A stretch of DNA of 64,000 bases from Prorocentrum cordatum (Eukaryota), in assembly GCA_963575745.1 (NCBI GenBank), contig CAUYUJ010000270.1, positions 558,001-622,000 on the forward strand. The letters are read 5' to 3'. Positions within the stretch are counted from its first letter, which is position 1. Each line of letters opens with the position of its first letter. The translations under genes were made by a program, and so were the position numbers. Under the pieces are notes generated by a model. The model saw only the letters and a program-made list of their open reading frames with translations. It was not told the DNA's origin and did not search any database. This document shows positions 23,501 through 39,819 of this stretch, one piece after another.

Positions 23501-24613
23501 CATCTCTACCGCTGTCTGCGAGAAAGAGCCCTCTGCGCCCCTCCCAACGGCAGCCTCCGACCGAGCTCCTGACCAAAAAAACCCAGCCGACCTCGTCGCC
23601 GTCGGAGCCCGCGGCCACCGCGCCCGCGGCCCTCTGGTCTCAGCGCCCGCAGGGGCCTGCTGGACTGCGGCCGCCTTCGGGGGCGCTGCCGTCGGCGCCC
23701 GAGGCCCCCCGGCCGCCTTGTACCAGCAGTCCTTCTCCTTGTGCCCCTGCTTCTGGCACCAGTTGCAGCTTCCCTCGAACTTGGCGGGGGCGCTGCCCTT
23801 GAGCTTGTCATTATTGACTCCTTTCTTGCTGCATTTGCCGCCCTCGTCGCCCTTGCCGCCCGTCTTGTCGCCCCTGCCGCCGCCCGACTTGTCGCCCCTG
23901 CGCTTTGGCCAAGGTTGTCGCGGCAGGGCATGGCGCGAGATCGCGCCGATCTCCATCGGCGCCGCGCCTTGGCCCACCGCGCCGCTAGCTGCGAAGACCC
24001 GTCCAGACGCCATCCGCCCTCGCAGGTCGGTCCTCAGCGCCACGTGCGAGACCTCGGCGGCGGCCGGGGCGTTGCGCAGCACGGTCTTGCACGGCCCGGG
24101 GCCATGGACGAGCAGCGCGGCGATGCGAAACTCGCCACCGAAGTCCCACCCCGCCTGCGTGACATACCTCGCCACGTTGTTGTCCCAGCCAACGAGCTGA
24201 TCGGCGAACGGCCCCTGGTCGTCCCACCTGGGGTTGAGCGGGCCGCTGAGCATGGATGCGAACCTGTTGCCCACCCCAGGCTCGCACTCATTCTAGATCG
24301 CTCGCCAGCCAACGAAACTTTCATGCCTGCCAGCGAGCGTGACCGTCGCCGGCGCCTTGCGCTGGGTCTTGGTGATCAGCGTGGCATGCAGCAGCTTGCT
24401 CGTCGCTGCCGCCCGCTCGCCCATGCTGACGTTGTCCACTGCGAGGGCTGGCTGAGCCTCAACGTTGTCGATGAGGTCATCCCAGCCCATCAGCGCGAAT
24501 AACGCATGTGCTTTGATGGACCAGCTGGGCCAGTCCTCATCTCTGCCACTGAACTCTGGCAGCTTGATGTCGCCTCTGCAATCCACCAGCTGCTCTCTGG
24601 GCGTCGCTGCCAT
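20559..24613 (-). mobile_element. Ty1/Copia retrotransposon, 5' part: gag, zinc knuckle, decayed protease region, integrase, RT N-terminus (frameshifted)
   Basis: Gag start KLPEFSGRDEDWPSW (24293-24613); CNWCQKQGHKEKDC knuckle; integrase HL...W.EHCQMGRG, VRPDHEG and SQSNPSEN; RT ISARW..AKSRFVAREF, TADAEDAHYH and WQLAKQLPGRRAG. Integrase-before-RT order indicates Copia. Confidence 0.92.
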
Positions 24614-24668
24614 GGGCAGCGCGCGTCCTCAATCTTCCCGTGGATCTGATCTGCGCAACTCACCAGAG

Positions 24669-24686
24669 AACCACGCTCCGCTACCA
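24669..24686 (-). promoter_or_regulatory. Copia primer-binding site, initiator-tRNA-Met type, directly after a CA LTR end
   Basis: Minus strand ...CCCA|TGGTAGCGGAGCGTGGTT, about 55 nt upstream of the gag ATG; resembles the TGGTAGCAGAG/TGGTATCAGAG tRNAiMet PBS. Confidence 0.75.
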
Positions 24687-24789
24687 TGGGGAAGTTACGC
24701 GGAAGCGAGGGGAAAGCGTATCGCGGCGCTCTTTTCCCCCAACGCAACTCGAACAAAAAGGCCTGCGGGCATGTCATGAATCGACGGCG

Positions 24790-26135
<1,346 letters not shown>

Positions 26136-26779
26136 TCGGGACCAAACCCACCCCGTCCCCCGACGGTGGTCAAAGTTGGCTGCAGCATGTGTCACGGTGT
26201 TGCTGTCATGCAATGGTTTCGGTCGGTGCACAGTTCTGCGCTTTCGTCGCGCAACGATGCAACAATTGTTGCGTTTTGTTGCACGTCTGGCAATTTCGTA
26301 CCCAACTATTAGCGATTAGCGCGCCTCACGCATGCTGGTGGTGAAATCGGTTTTGCGGAATGTCTGCAGCGCCGCGCGTGGCTCGCCCAAGGTCGGGGCT
26401 GACGGTCAAGGCGCGTCTCGCGCTAGGTTCAAACGGGCGCGCGCTGCAAAGTTGGTATGATGGGAATTACCGGCCGCCCAAACGCCTGACTCGTTTTTTT
26501 TTTTTTTTTTGTTTCTTCTTCTTATTTTTCCTATTATTCTTCTTCTTCTCTCTCTCCTCTTCACCAGGGCGCAGTTCCACGCTTGCGCGGGAAGGCGCCA
26601 CGACGAGCCCCACGCAAACTCACATACTTACTCTTGCGAAGAAACAGACCCTCTCAAATCGCAGCGCGCACGCAACGCACACCAGCACATCGAGCCCGAA
26701 CGCGAAGAGTGCCACAAAAATCTTCGGCGCCCCCACCTTGGAGGCCACGAGCCGTGCGAAGACTGCGCTGACATGGACT

Positions 26780-27665
26780 GGGCGGCAGCGCGCGGCCTGC
26801 GTCACAGCGGCCGTCGATGCAGTTCCCTATGATGCCACGAACCGCATCTAAACAGAAAGAAAAAACTGACATGGTCTCGGCGGCGGCAAGCGGCCCGTGT
26901 TTCAAAACCTTTGGCGGCGCTCTCTATGGGGTCATGAACCCTGTCAGGGCGTGCTGACATGGTCCAGAAAACGCAGCGCTGCGCGCGCTACCAGGGCCTT
27001 CGGCGGGGTTCCGTATGGGACCACGAACTGCAAGAACGAAAAAATAAAATGGCCTGGCCAGCGGCATGCGGCGTGAGCCACGAACCGCGTGGGAATGTGC
27101 TGCAATGCTCTCGGTGACGGCGCGTGGCGCGTGCAACGGCAGCCTTCCGCGTTAACCTCTATGAAGCCACGATGCGCACGAGAATCGTGTCAAACGCGTC
27201 TGGTCGGAGGCACGCGGCCTGCGCAGGAGAAGAAGAAATATTCGGCCGAACTTCCCATGGTGGCACGAATCGTGGGGATGCAGAATTGAAGCGGCCTGGG
27301 CGGCGACATGCGGCCTGAGTTACAAGGGCCTCCGGTGGAACTTCTCATGCGGCCACGAACTGCGCGAGGGGGGTGCTTGAATTGTCCGGGCGGCGGCAAG
27401 CGGCCTGTGCTGCAAGGGCTTTCGGCGTAGCATCCTATGGGGCCACGAGCCGAACGAAGGGTGCGCTGACACGGTCTGGGCGGCGGCGCGCACCCTTTGC
27501 CACGAGAACCTTCGGCGTCGCCCCCTTATGGGGCCGCGAACCGCGCGGGGCGCGCGTTGAATCGGCATCGGGCAGCGGAAAGGGGCCTGTACTACAGGGC
27601 CCCCCGGCGGAGCCCTGTGGGGCCATGACTCGATCGGACGGCGTGCGGAAACTGCGTTGGCGGAG
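26780..27665. repeat. Degenerate ~85-bp satellite (GGCGGCGGCAAGCGGCCTGTG...CTATGGGGCCACGAACC), left block; right block at ~31490-32540
   Basis: Recurrent GCGGCCTGTG and GGGCCACGAAC motifs in the same orientation in both blocks. Confidence 0.8.
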
Positions 27666-28384
27666 ACAAAGCGAAGATCCACCGTGCAAAAAAGAAGAGG
27701 ATTGATGAAGAGGAGCTGAAGCGGTTTGGAGGAGGAGGTGGCGGTAGAGGAGGGGGAAGACAGGAGAGGAGGCGTTCAGCGCTGCTGGTTCACAACGAGC
27801 ACCCAACAGACAGGAGGATTAGGAAAAAACGACGGTCTCCAAGAGCTCCATCACACTACTCTTCTGATGGTTCAAATGCCTCCTCGTCGTCTCCAAGACA
27901 GGCGGAGGACGGCTCGAAGACAAACCAAATCCGCGGCAACGCAATCCCAACGCTTCCATAACGGCTCATTCATCCCCCATGGGGCATCAGGGGGTCGCCA
28001 AGATGCCCCCCCCCAGAGAAAAAACACGAAATCCTGATATGGCACTGCTACAAGACCTCAAGACAGCTCCAGGACGGCCCACTGCAGGCCCCGCTCAGGC
28101 TCCATCAGCTCATTTTCGCGCACCCAGCGTGGCACAATCCGGAGGCAGTATCGGTTGACTCCCCCGTCCATGCCCCCAACGACGCGACAACTCTGGGACC
28201 CAGACAGCGCTTTGGAATCCCAGTTGCAACGGACTCGAGGGCCCCAGGGGGCCATGCCGAGCCCGCGCCAGACCCCTCCAGACACGTCAAAATTATCCCA
28301 GAGCGACCCTACCTTGGAGTTGGAGCCTCTAGGAAAGCAACATTCGTAGGAGCGGTGAACGCCGTCCTCCTCCTTCTCATCGTC

Positions 28385-29750
<1,366 letters not shown>

Positions 29751-30535
29751 GAGTTTGCTTTGCCTTCGCTTTTGCGTTCACGTTTGCCTTTGGTTTTGCT
29801 TTTGCTTGGCACCCAGGGAGCGCCACTGGGGGAACCGCGCGCTTGCTTTTACCTTTGCTGTTGCTTTTGCTTGCTCCCAAGGGACCCGGGGAACCGCCCG
29901 GGGCGCGTAGCACTGCCCGGCCCCTTGAAGCAAAGAGAGTAAGAACCCTTCTAGGCAGAGCCTAGGTAGGGAACCACTGCCGAGGAAAGTCCGGACCCAC
30001 CGCCGCGGGAGCGCCCATGGGGGCCGCGGTGGGTTCGGACTCCCCTCGGCAGTCCTCCCAGGCGTTCTCAAAAACAATGCCGAGGGGAATCCGGACCCAC
30101 CGCGGGGGAGGGGGTCTGGACCCACCGCGGGCCCATGGGAGCCCTCGCGGGGCCTCCCATGGGCTTCCCCGCAAAGCCCTCCGCCCCCTTGCCCTGCCCT
30201 GCCCGCTGCCCCCGTCTCTACCCCTCGCCCCCCCTCCTTTCTGCTCCTGCGCCCCCCTCGTTGATCCTGCCTCCTATGCCGTCCGTCCACGCACTGTGTC
30301 AGCTCCGAGCCTCACCAACACATCCGCCGGCCCCCTTGTGGGGCCACCAGGCTGGAGGGCGAAGGTTCGCAGTTTCCTGCACCAGTTGCAGCTTTCAGTT
30401 TCCACTGTTACAGTTTTGCTTCTTGCTGCTTACTGCTCCTTGTTGATGGGCCGCGCAAGGGGGGGGAGGCCCAAACGGGCAGGTTCAGCACGCCCTGAGC
30501 GCGTGCTCTGGATTGCTGGGGTGGGAAAAAATTGA

Positions 30536-30915
30536 CACCCCTCGCGCAGATCGGCGGGGTCAGGGTCCAAAAACACTTGGGATTGGCCACATTTCTGAAA
30601 TTCGGCTGCACCTCTCACAGGATCGGCGGGGTTAAGGTCAAAAAGCACAGGGTATTTGCCACATTTCTGAAATTTGTTGCCACCCCTCACGCAGATCGGT
30701 GGGGTCAGGGTCCAAAAACATATTGGATTTGCAACATTTCTGACATTCGGTGGGACCCCTCACGCAGATCGGAGGGTCCAAAACACAATGGATTTGCCAA
30801 ATTTCTGAAATTCGGTGGCACCCCTCATGCAGATCGGCGGGGTCAGGGTCCAAAAACACATGGGATTTACGACATTTCTGAACATCGATGGCACCCCTCA
30901 TGCAAATAGGCGGTC
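30536..30915. repeat. ~72-bp tandem repeat, 5-6 copies (CACCCCTCACGCAGATCGGCGGGGTCAGGGTCCAAAAACAC...ACATTTCTGAAATT)
   Basis: Unit starts at ~30536, 30609, 30681, 30753, 30819 and 30891. Confidence 0.9.
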
Positions 30916-33421
30916 AGGACACAAGAGATTTCCAACATGTTCGAATTCGGGGAGAAGATTTGGGCACAGCATACGGGAGCAAATGGAAAATGCAACAGCG
31001 AGTACAACAATAGACTCGCAATCTCCATTCGTGTTGCCAATTACCCATCATCTTCGCATGAAGTTCCGACGCTGCTTCACGGCGAAGCCAAAGCCTCATG
31101 ACTTCGCTCTTCCATGGCCCATTATCCGAGAGAGGGGGCCGGCGGCAGGGGGCGAAGCCCTTACGGATAATGTAGCTGGGAGGTACTTGTCGCCCACACG
31201 CTAAAAATAACATGCTCTAAGTGCCCCTCATCGGAGGCGCCCCTCGCCCGCGCCATCCTTCAAATAGTGACGCTGTCATCGATCCTTCCCATCATGCTGG
31301 TCCGTCTTTCAAATGTTTCCCTTCTGCCCCCTCACAACAGAGTGAACCTGACGAAAGAGCCAAGGTTTTCTGAACGCAGTGCGAAAATAGACAAGACCAC
31401 CCGACACACGCGAACACGGTGAGTCCGCATGCCAAATCTACCCCAAGGGCCTCCGGCTGAGGCTCCCCATGAAGCCACCAATCGCGTGGAGACTGTGATG
31501 AAATGGTTTGGGCGGCGGCAAACAGCCTGTGCGACAAAACCCTTCGGTGGAACTCACACTGGTCCCACGAATCGTGCGAGGCAACGCTGATTTGGTTTGG
31601 GGCAGCGGTTTGCGGCCTGTGCTCCAGATTTGGCCACTAAAAACGTTAGCCGTGTGCTGAAGTGGTCTGCACGGCGCAATGCGGCATGTGCCCCAAAAGC
31701 TTTCGGCGGGGCTCCTTATGGGGCCACGAACCGTGAAGGGCGTGTGCTACATGGTCTGGGTGGCGGCGTGCGGTTTGTGCCTGACGACCCTTCAGTGGAG
31801 TTTCCTCATGCGACCGCGGATCGTGTGAGGACAAATGAAATTGTCTGGGCGGCGGCGCGCGGCCTGTGTCACAGGCGTCTTCGGCGGAACCCCTCATGGT
31901 GTCACGAAAAGCATGAGTGGCGATTGAAGGTCTGAGCGGCAGCATGCGCCCTGTGCGACAAACGCCTCCGATGGGGCTGCGTATGATGGGGCCACGAACC
32001 GTTCGATGGGCGTGTTGCAACGGTCTGCGCGGTGGCATGCGTCCTGCGCAACATAAATACATTTGGTGCAGCTCCGTGGTGGTGCGCGAACCGTACACTG
32101 AATTAACTGAAATGCTCTGGGCGGTGGCAAGCGGCCTATGCCACAAGGCATTCGGTGGCGTGGCGGGCGCGTTGACATGGTCCGGACGCGGCTCGCGGCC
32201 TGTGCCACAAGGGCCTTCGATGGAACTCCACAAATATGGAGACGCGAGCCGCGAGAGAAGCGGCCTCGAAAAGTCTGGGCGGCGGCACGCGGCCTGTGAT
32301 TTGCGGGATGTCGGTTGAGCTCCTCATGGGCCAACAAACCTTATGAAAATGGTTCGGGGGTGGTCGGCGAGGCGGCGTGCGACCACAACGCGTCGGTAGG
32401 TTTGCACATAAGGCCATAACGCGCGCTAGAATTGTCGCGGTACCAACATGCGCTTTGCGCCACAAGGACTTTCAATGACAAGCTGTCTGGGGACAACCAA
32501 CAGCGCGCGGCGCGAAGGGTGTGCTGAAATTGCCTCGTCGCGGCTACAAGCCGAAATCCCACCACGCAAGAGAGAAGGGGATGGTTGATGAGGAAACGAG
32601 GCGGGGAGGAAGAAGAGCAGGAGGAGGAGGAGGAGAGGGGAGGAGAGTAGAAGAGAAAGGACGAGGCGCGAAGCGCCGCGAATTCAAAGTGAGGACCTAA
32701 CATGCGGGAGGGTTGGAAACAACAACAACCACCACCACAACAACAACAACAGCAGCAGCAGCAGCAACAGCAACAACAACAACAACAACACCAACAACAA
32801 CAATAACAACAACAACAGCAGCAACAACAACAACAACAACAGCAACAACAACAAAATATCAAAGGCCACCCGCAGCAATCGCGCGCGCGCCGCGCGCGCG
32901 CCAGGCAAACCAACGGGACGCCAGGCACGCGAGGCACAGTGACCACACCGGGCACAGTACAGGAGCAAAACGAAAATCACGAAAAATACCAGCCGCGCCA
33001 AGCAGATAGCGGAATCACCTGCCAACGCGCCCGCACGATGCTGGCACCACCCCACGCTGCAAGGAATCCCCGATCCGCACCGAGCCATCGCAAGGCCTCC
33101 AACGGCACCTCGCACTAACTATTTCTGGGCAGTGGTGTTTGTTCGGAACGGGACCAGGCCCTGGAGGGCGAGCGCGGACCTGCAGCTCCCTCTGTAGCAA
33201 CGCCAGCAATGAAAACCGCCGAGTTCGCGCGCGCCACAACCATCGACGGAAACACCAGCCTCAAGCCGTGCGGAAGCGCTGGTATACGTTGGTTAATTTC
33301 GCTTCTGCCCGCGCCCAACAAGGAACTCAACGCGCGCCCGTCCAGGGCCCGCCGCGGGCAACAGCCCTCGACGCTCTCCAGAGGCGCGGTGGGTTCGGTC
33401 CCGACTGGCTGGTGAGCATTG

Positions 33422-33985
33422 ACAAAGGGCACCGAAAACCCCGAAAACCGAAGAAATACCGAAAACTAAGGGGGCGCCGAAAACGGAAAGGGCACCGAAG
33501 ACCAAAAGGGCCAGCCGAAAACAAAAAGGGCGCCGAAAACCAAAAGAGCCGCCGAAAAACAAATGCGCCGAAGACCAAATGGCGCCGAAAACAAAAGCCG
33601 CTCCGAAAAAACAGAGGGGCGCTGAAAACCTACAGGGCGCCAAAAGGCAAAGGGGTGCCGAAAACGCAAGGGGCGCCGAAAACCAGAAGGGCGCCGAAAA
33701 CCAAAGGGGGGCGGAAAACCACAGGCGCGCCGAAAACCAACGAAACGCCTAAAACCAAAGGGGCGTCGAACAACCAAAGAGGTGTCGAGAAACAGAATGG
33801 CGCCGGGAACCAAAGCAGCGCCAATAACTACAGGGGCGCCGAAAACCAAATGGCGCCGAAACCCAAAGGGGCGCCGAAAGCCAAAGGGGCGCCGAAAACC
33901 ACAGGAGCACCGAAAAACATGGGAGCGCCGAAAACCTCAAAGGCGCCGAAAACCAAAGCGGCGCCGAAAACCAAAGCGAAAATGT
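33422..33985. repeat. 18-bp GGCGCCGAAAACC satellite, right block
   Basis: Same unit and orientation as 24790-26135. Confidence 0.92.
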
Positions 33986-34719
33986 AGCTTCGAAGCCACC
34001 CCTCTTCAGCCCCCAGCTGGAAATGCCAACAGAAGGAGGGGAGGGGGCGGGGGTAGCTTCGGACCCCCCCTCTTTGGAAAGTGAGGCCTGGGCTTGCCCC
34101 AAGCCCTGAAAAGAGGGGGAGGGGGGGTAGCGTCCAAGACCCCCCCCTTTGGGAAAGGGGAGACTGGGCTTGCTCCGGGCCCCGACAAGGGCGGGATGAG
34201 GGGGGTAGTTTCCAAGCCACCCCCGATTCAGCTAGGCCCCCTCCCAGCCAAGAATTACGACAAAAGGGGGGGCCAGCTTCAGAAGCCCCCTCCCCTTTTC
34301 CAACGGAGGGGGTAGTAACTTGAAGCTGGGGCCCCCTTTTTCATATGCCCAGCGCTGCGTGGGCGTTCTTGCATACCTCCCTCCTTCTCCCCGTCCTAGA
34401 AGGACGCAGTCCGCCCACCCGTACTGATACCCGCACTGGGTCCTCAAGGCCGAGCCACAGAGGCCAGAGGATTACCCCTACCAGCATCGGCGCACATGGA
34501 TAAATCATTGGCGTCTCCTTCCGCCCATCTTTCCGTTGCCCCCCCCCCCCTGCCTATGCGCGCTCCTCTTCCTAGCACGCCCCCCTCCTCTTCCATTCCT
34601 TCTCCTTATAGATAACTCCTCTCTGTCGCACCCCGAGGCAAGTTTTTCAGGCGGGCCGGGCGTTCCGCCTGAGACTCCCTCACCATTTATGACTCTGAAG
34701 CTAAGAAAACAACAGCACT

Positions 34720-35280
34720 TTCACGGATGGAGGGCGGGTGGTTGTCAAAATGTGGCTCTCGCCTTAGCGCCGCGAACGTTCGTTTTCAAAGTTTGCAAGA
34801 GCTTCACGGACTGAGGGCGGGTCGTTTTCGACATGTGGCTCTCGCCTTAGCGCCACGCAAATTCTTTGTAAAAAAACGCAAGGGGCTTCATGTGGTGAGG
34901 ACGGGTCGTTTTCGAAATGTGGCTCTCGCCTAAGCGCCGCGCACATTCTTTGTAAACATGTGCAAGAGCTTCGCGGATTGAGAAGGGGTAGTTTTCAAAA
35001 TGTGGCTCTCGCCTTAGCGCCGCGCACATCCGTTCAACAAATTGCAAGAAACGTCGCGGATGGAGGGCGGGTCGTTTTCAAAATGTGGCTCTCGCATTAG
35101 CGCCGCGCACGATCGTTTTTAGTGCAAGAGCTTCACGAATTGAGGGTGGGTCGTTTTCAAAATGTGGCTTTCGCCTTAGCGCCGCGCACATCCGTTTAAA
35201 CAATTGCAAGGAGCTTCACGGATGGAGGGCGGGTCGTTTTCGAAATGTGGCTCTCGCCTCCGCGCCGCGCACATCCGTTT
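34720..35280. repeat. ~84-bp tandem repeat, about 7 copies (GAGGGCGGGTCGTTTTCGAAATGTGGCTCTCGCCTTAGCGCCGCGCAC...)
   Basis: Regular period; the intervening parts are also homologous (GCAAGAGCTTCACGGA). Confidence 0.9.
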
Positions 35281-38200
35281 TTTTCATATTTTAATGCAGG
35301 AGTTGTACGGAATCCCATGACCATCATATCGAAAATTGCGTTTTGGAAGGATTCAGGATTGTACGGGTGCAACAATTATGTTGATTCGCGGTGCTGGAAT
35401 CCAAAGGATGGCGTTATGGCACGGTTCCGGATCGCCAAAACGCAGCAGTCAGGTTGATACGTGGCGTTGAAATCCAGAGAACAATGTTTTGGCATGCTCC
35501 AGGATATTCAAACGGTTGTCTTCCAGCGAGACAGTTCCATCAATGGAGATGAACCGTTGTAGGGGCCTATGAAGAGGGAGCTTGGAGGGAGGGTTAATTC
35601 CAACATCGTTGATGACTCTTGGGTTTACACTGGTCCTCCTCCTCCTCTTCCCTCCTCCTCCTCCGCCTCCTCCGCCTCCGCCTCCTCCTCCTCGTCCTCC
35701 TCCTCCTCCTCCTCCTCATCCTCCTTCGATGCCTTCGATGCAACAAGGGGGGCAGGCTGGTGGCCAAACCCCTCCCGACGAAAACTCCCTACGAGTCTAC
35801 CTACCTATCCATCCCCTTGGCCTCCCGGCGCGCGCATCGGCCTCCTTGGCCAGAAGCTGCACGGCCTGGGCCACAATGGACTTTTTGGCACAAGGCCTTT
35901 TTTCGAGCCGCGCCCACGGGACTCAGATCACCACACCCACACAGGGTGAGGGTGCCGCCCCTTGCCTCCACGACCTGGTGGTGCAGACTTGTCCCCACAT
36001 CCACGACGCCAAGCGGGGACCTGACGCGTGGTACCCGCGTGGACCCAGTCTGCCCCTTCCTCCGCCGAACGCGTCGATGGAGGCGATCCCCTCCTCGCCC
36101 AGGCGCACGCGGGTTAACAGGCTGGGCCACCGCAAAGGGGAAGCGACGAGAGCAATTGTTTCTCCCCCGACCCGAAGACCAGGATGACGAACGGGCTGCT
36201 ACCCGCCGATGCTCCTGGGAATGGGGACCCTGTGGCACGGGTGCCCTCCTCCTTCTCCTCCTCCTCCTCCTCGTCCCTCCTCCACCACCTCCTCCTTCTC
36301 CTCCTCCTCCTCATCATCACCATCATCTTCCCCCTCCTCCTTTTCCTCCTCCTCCTTCTCCTCCTCCGCACTATCCCCTCCGCCGATCCATGCCTCTCTC
36401 CTGGACGCACTGGTGGCAGTACCAAACAGCAAAACATGCACACATAATAAAACGCCCCACCTCCGCACATCAAGTTCGTGGACTCTGAGCATGGATATCA
36501 TATCCGCACGCGTGACATCACACACACACACACACTCTGGAACCCTCTGCCGAACACAAATGCCCGAAGGAGACTCGAAAGTCATGAGGAAGGCGGACAC
36601 AATCTTCCACAAATACACGAAAGCTGTGGGGGGGAAGGAAGCACGACTGCGCGCCTTACGCTGGTAAGCGAGCATGTTCCCGTAGGTCCAGCGATCTGGA
36701 GCCTGAGGCTACTCTTTCACCGTTGCGTTCTCGCAGCGCGCCATGGATGCATACCCCGTCCGAGCCCGCTCCGTCCTGCAACATGCGCGCAATCGGCTGG
36801 CACTGAAACCATAAATGGCACAATTCCAAGAAAATACTCAGCGACTCGTACGACTCTGGAACGCGACCTTGCCCGAACATGCAGAACCGCCACTGCCTGG
36901 ACAGGCCTCAGTCGCTCTACCCTGATCCCAGTTCGTGCCTGGATCCAGTCCACGCATCGGCGGCGTCATGAGAAATCTCATACGCAAGGCTGGCATGAAT
37001 GGGGCAGTGCGCCCCACTGTGGGAAGCGTTGGGTCGCGGAGAAAGTAGAGCACTTGGCACAACCTGGCCCGCACAGGAATAGCATAAAGAGGGCCCTGGG
37101 GGTGATTGCGAAGCTGGCACGAGATCCACTTTCGCAGCCAAAGAACAAAACAGGGACCCAGCAAACGCCGAAGGATGTTTACCCAGTTCTGTGGTAACCT
37201 CCCTCGCAGTGCCTGCATGGTGTGCAAGGTACGGTGAGAGGGAACAAAAACAGAAGCACCGGCACCGCCTGACCGTCAAGCCCAGGACCCATCTGAGATG
37301 AAACGCTGGGGATCCCTTCGGGAAGCTCCGTCTGACCAGAGGGAGCACCTGGACAGGCTAGCGCCCCTTGCGGCGCGCACCACAGTCCAGGGGCCGACGC
37401 ACACAGGCGCCGGAGCCCTCCGATCCCCGTCTTTCGGGTGCCCTACATGAAGCAAAGGGGAGCCTCTAGGGAACGGGCCCTGGACCCCAGGCGTTTCCCA
37501 AAGCTGGCCCTTGTTCCAGAGTCGCTGTCCGACAATCATGCGGAGGACCCTGGGAGAAGCCTCCAGGTCCTCTTTCCTCCAAGACCCCTCGCCTCAACGC
37601 CGACGAGCGTGCCCCGTCCGTCAATCCTGCTGCACCGGCAGGAACCACAGCGCGGTCGCCAGACCTGTGGTGTCCCCTCCGTCCCCCAGTGGCGACAGAG
37701 CCCCGCCTCTGCTGCTCGTCCCCCACCCTGCTGCATCTGCGACGCCAGACAACGAAAAACTACGATGTCCACAAGCTTTCGGAGATCCACGCCGATTTCT
37801 TGGGTCGGCGCTGGAGCCCCCTGGCGGCGCCTCCAGCGCCGACCCAACAAATCAGCACGGCCCTCCGACAGTTCAGGTTTATGCACATATTTTTTGTCAA
37901 AATGGAAATCGTTATACTTTTCGCGATAGCGGCCGTTACCGCCCCTGGCCGCCCCCTCCCCCCCCGTAACGTCACGATTCGTGCTGACCTCCGAGTTGGC
38001 TTTGTTATTCCTAAACGTTCCCAGACGGCGCCGGCCCCCTGCCCACCCCCAATTTCGGCAACGCCCGTTACAGAAAGGCTGCTGAAGAAAGGAACGCTCA
38101 ATCAGATACGAAGGCGCTCTTTGGCGCCATCAACGCCTGGTTGCACGAGCAGGGCTGGAGGAACAACCACGGAATGACCCAAGGAACAGCGAGCCCCGTC

Positions 38201-38489
38201 CGAACCCAAAGCCGTCCTTATTTCAGCGTCTTCACTGTATCGCCCGGAAAGAAAAAAACAATGTCGTATGACGACAATTGCTTCTTGATGCTCCCCGCGC
38301 CAACGACGATGTCTCGGCAGCGCGCAGGAAAAGGGGGCGGCGCGGGAGCTCCACGCCGACCCTGCACGCCAAAGGCCCAGACCAGCGGCACCGCGGCGCT
38401 TTCAACACGTGGGCCCCCCAGGGCCCCTTGGGACAGGCTTCTTCTGGTGGGGGAACGACACAGAACACTGAAAGATAAACAAGTCATTG

Positions 38490-38870
38490 TAGCTGACTGG
38501 AAAGACGCGGGGCCATCGCAACCCGAAGCAGGTCATCCCAACTTTGGCCGTCTTATCGCCCGAAGGGTGGTCCTATTAGCATGTGCAACCACTGGCCTCG
38601 GACGCTCGTGAAGGGCAACGCTCGGGGGGGGGGACTGGCCCAGGGGGGGACATCGACCCGCAGTCCGCGATACATCGCCGATAGATCGGCGAGATGCTCC
38701 CGATAGCGAATCCGCAGGTTCCTCGGCGGGCAGGGCGGGGTATCATGCCAACGTCGGCGATTAATGGGCGTTTGAGCGTATCCCACCCGAACGTCGCCCC
38801 CGATATTCGCAGCGCCTATCTTTCGGGCAGGCCCGGTGCCCGACAATAGCCCTGGCCCCTCGGAGGGCCA
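38490..38870. repeat. Dispersed repeat family, copy 1; other copies at ~52535-53100 and ~63660-64000
   Basis: Shared AGACGCGGGGCCATCGCA, CTGGCCTCGGAC.CTCGTGA.GGGCAAC, GACATCGACC.GCAGTCCGCGATACATCG and CGCAGGTTCCT blocks. Confidence 0.8.
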
Positions 38871-39819
38871 AATTGCCGAGAAGCGGCCTTCATTATTCTA
38901 CTCGCGACGCCCGGAAGCCTGGCCCATGAGCCTCAAGATCGAACCCCAGGGCCTGTCCAGGGGCGCGCCATGGCCAGAATCTTGAAGGGGAGCACACTGC
39001 CTGGCCAGGGCCATCCAGAGCTTTGGCATGGTACATCTTCCGACCCAGGATGGCAATGGCCAGGCTTGCTGGTGGTGAACAGATGCCTTCTGCGGACGGG
39101 GAGACGTGGAGGAGGCGCCACGGCGAGGCATGTCGGCGGAGCCAGCAAGAACTCGCGGGCGGCCACGTACGTCTCCTCCGCCGTCGTCCGGTCCTGCGCG
39201 CGCGCCCTAGCCCCGAGCGTGTTTCGTCGCGTGAGTCGCTCGTGCTCCAAGCCCCGACTATACCAGCGCGCATATGGGGATGGCGCGAGGGGGAGGCCTT
39301 CTGAGAAAGCAGGGGGGGATTCTTGGAACCCTTCCAGGCTTGTGGGGAAGCTCTTTAGACGCCTCCAGGGTTTCCTCCCGAGAAGACCCCCGCCTTTACC
39401 GAAGCCCCCCGTCCTCTTAGAAGTCCGCCCCCCTCGCGCCACATCTTTGCGCGCGCCCCCAAAACCGATGAGACGAAGACAGGACCAGGACCAGGACAGC
39501 ATCACACAAAGCCGCACCTAGACGGCGCACTGGCACAGAACGAGTATGAACGCGCACGTGCAGGAAGAAAACATATAGAAACACGTCGTAACCGATTCTG
39601 CGTGCAAGGCAATCGGGTGCGCAACTACCAGAAACCTTGTGCCGGTGACCTGCTACTCGGTCATTTGCTAACGGCGCGGGGGACGGGGGAATCATAATAA
39701 CTGTAAGGAGACGGACCCCCACCGACCTACAACGCACAAAGATTCTCAACGGCTTCATGCCACCTTGATTTGTTTTGCAAAAGCGCCTGTAATTCGTCCG
39801 GGTCGCCCCTTGCCAATTC

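Noticed and set aside
33139..33987. Lys/Pro/Ala-rich ORF resembling histone H1 or a DNA-binding basic protein (also 24906-26344)
   Set aside because: It is the translation of the 18-bp GGCGCCGAAAACC satellite; no globular domain, and several frames are similarly open.
34720..35280. CRISPR-like regular array (also 30536-30915 and 9279-9640)
   Set aside because: The apparent spacers are homologous to each other, the repeats are degenerate, there are no cas genes and the context is eukaryotic; these are tandem satellites.
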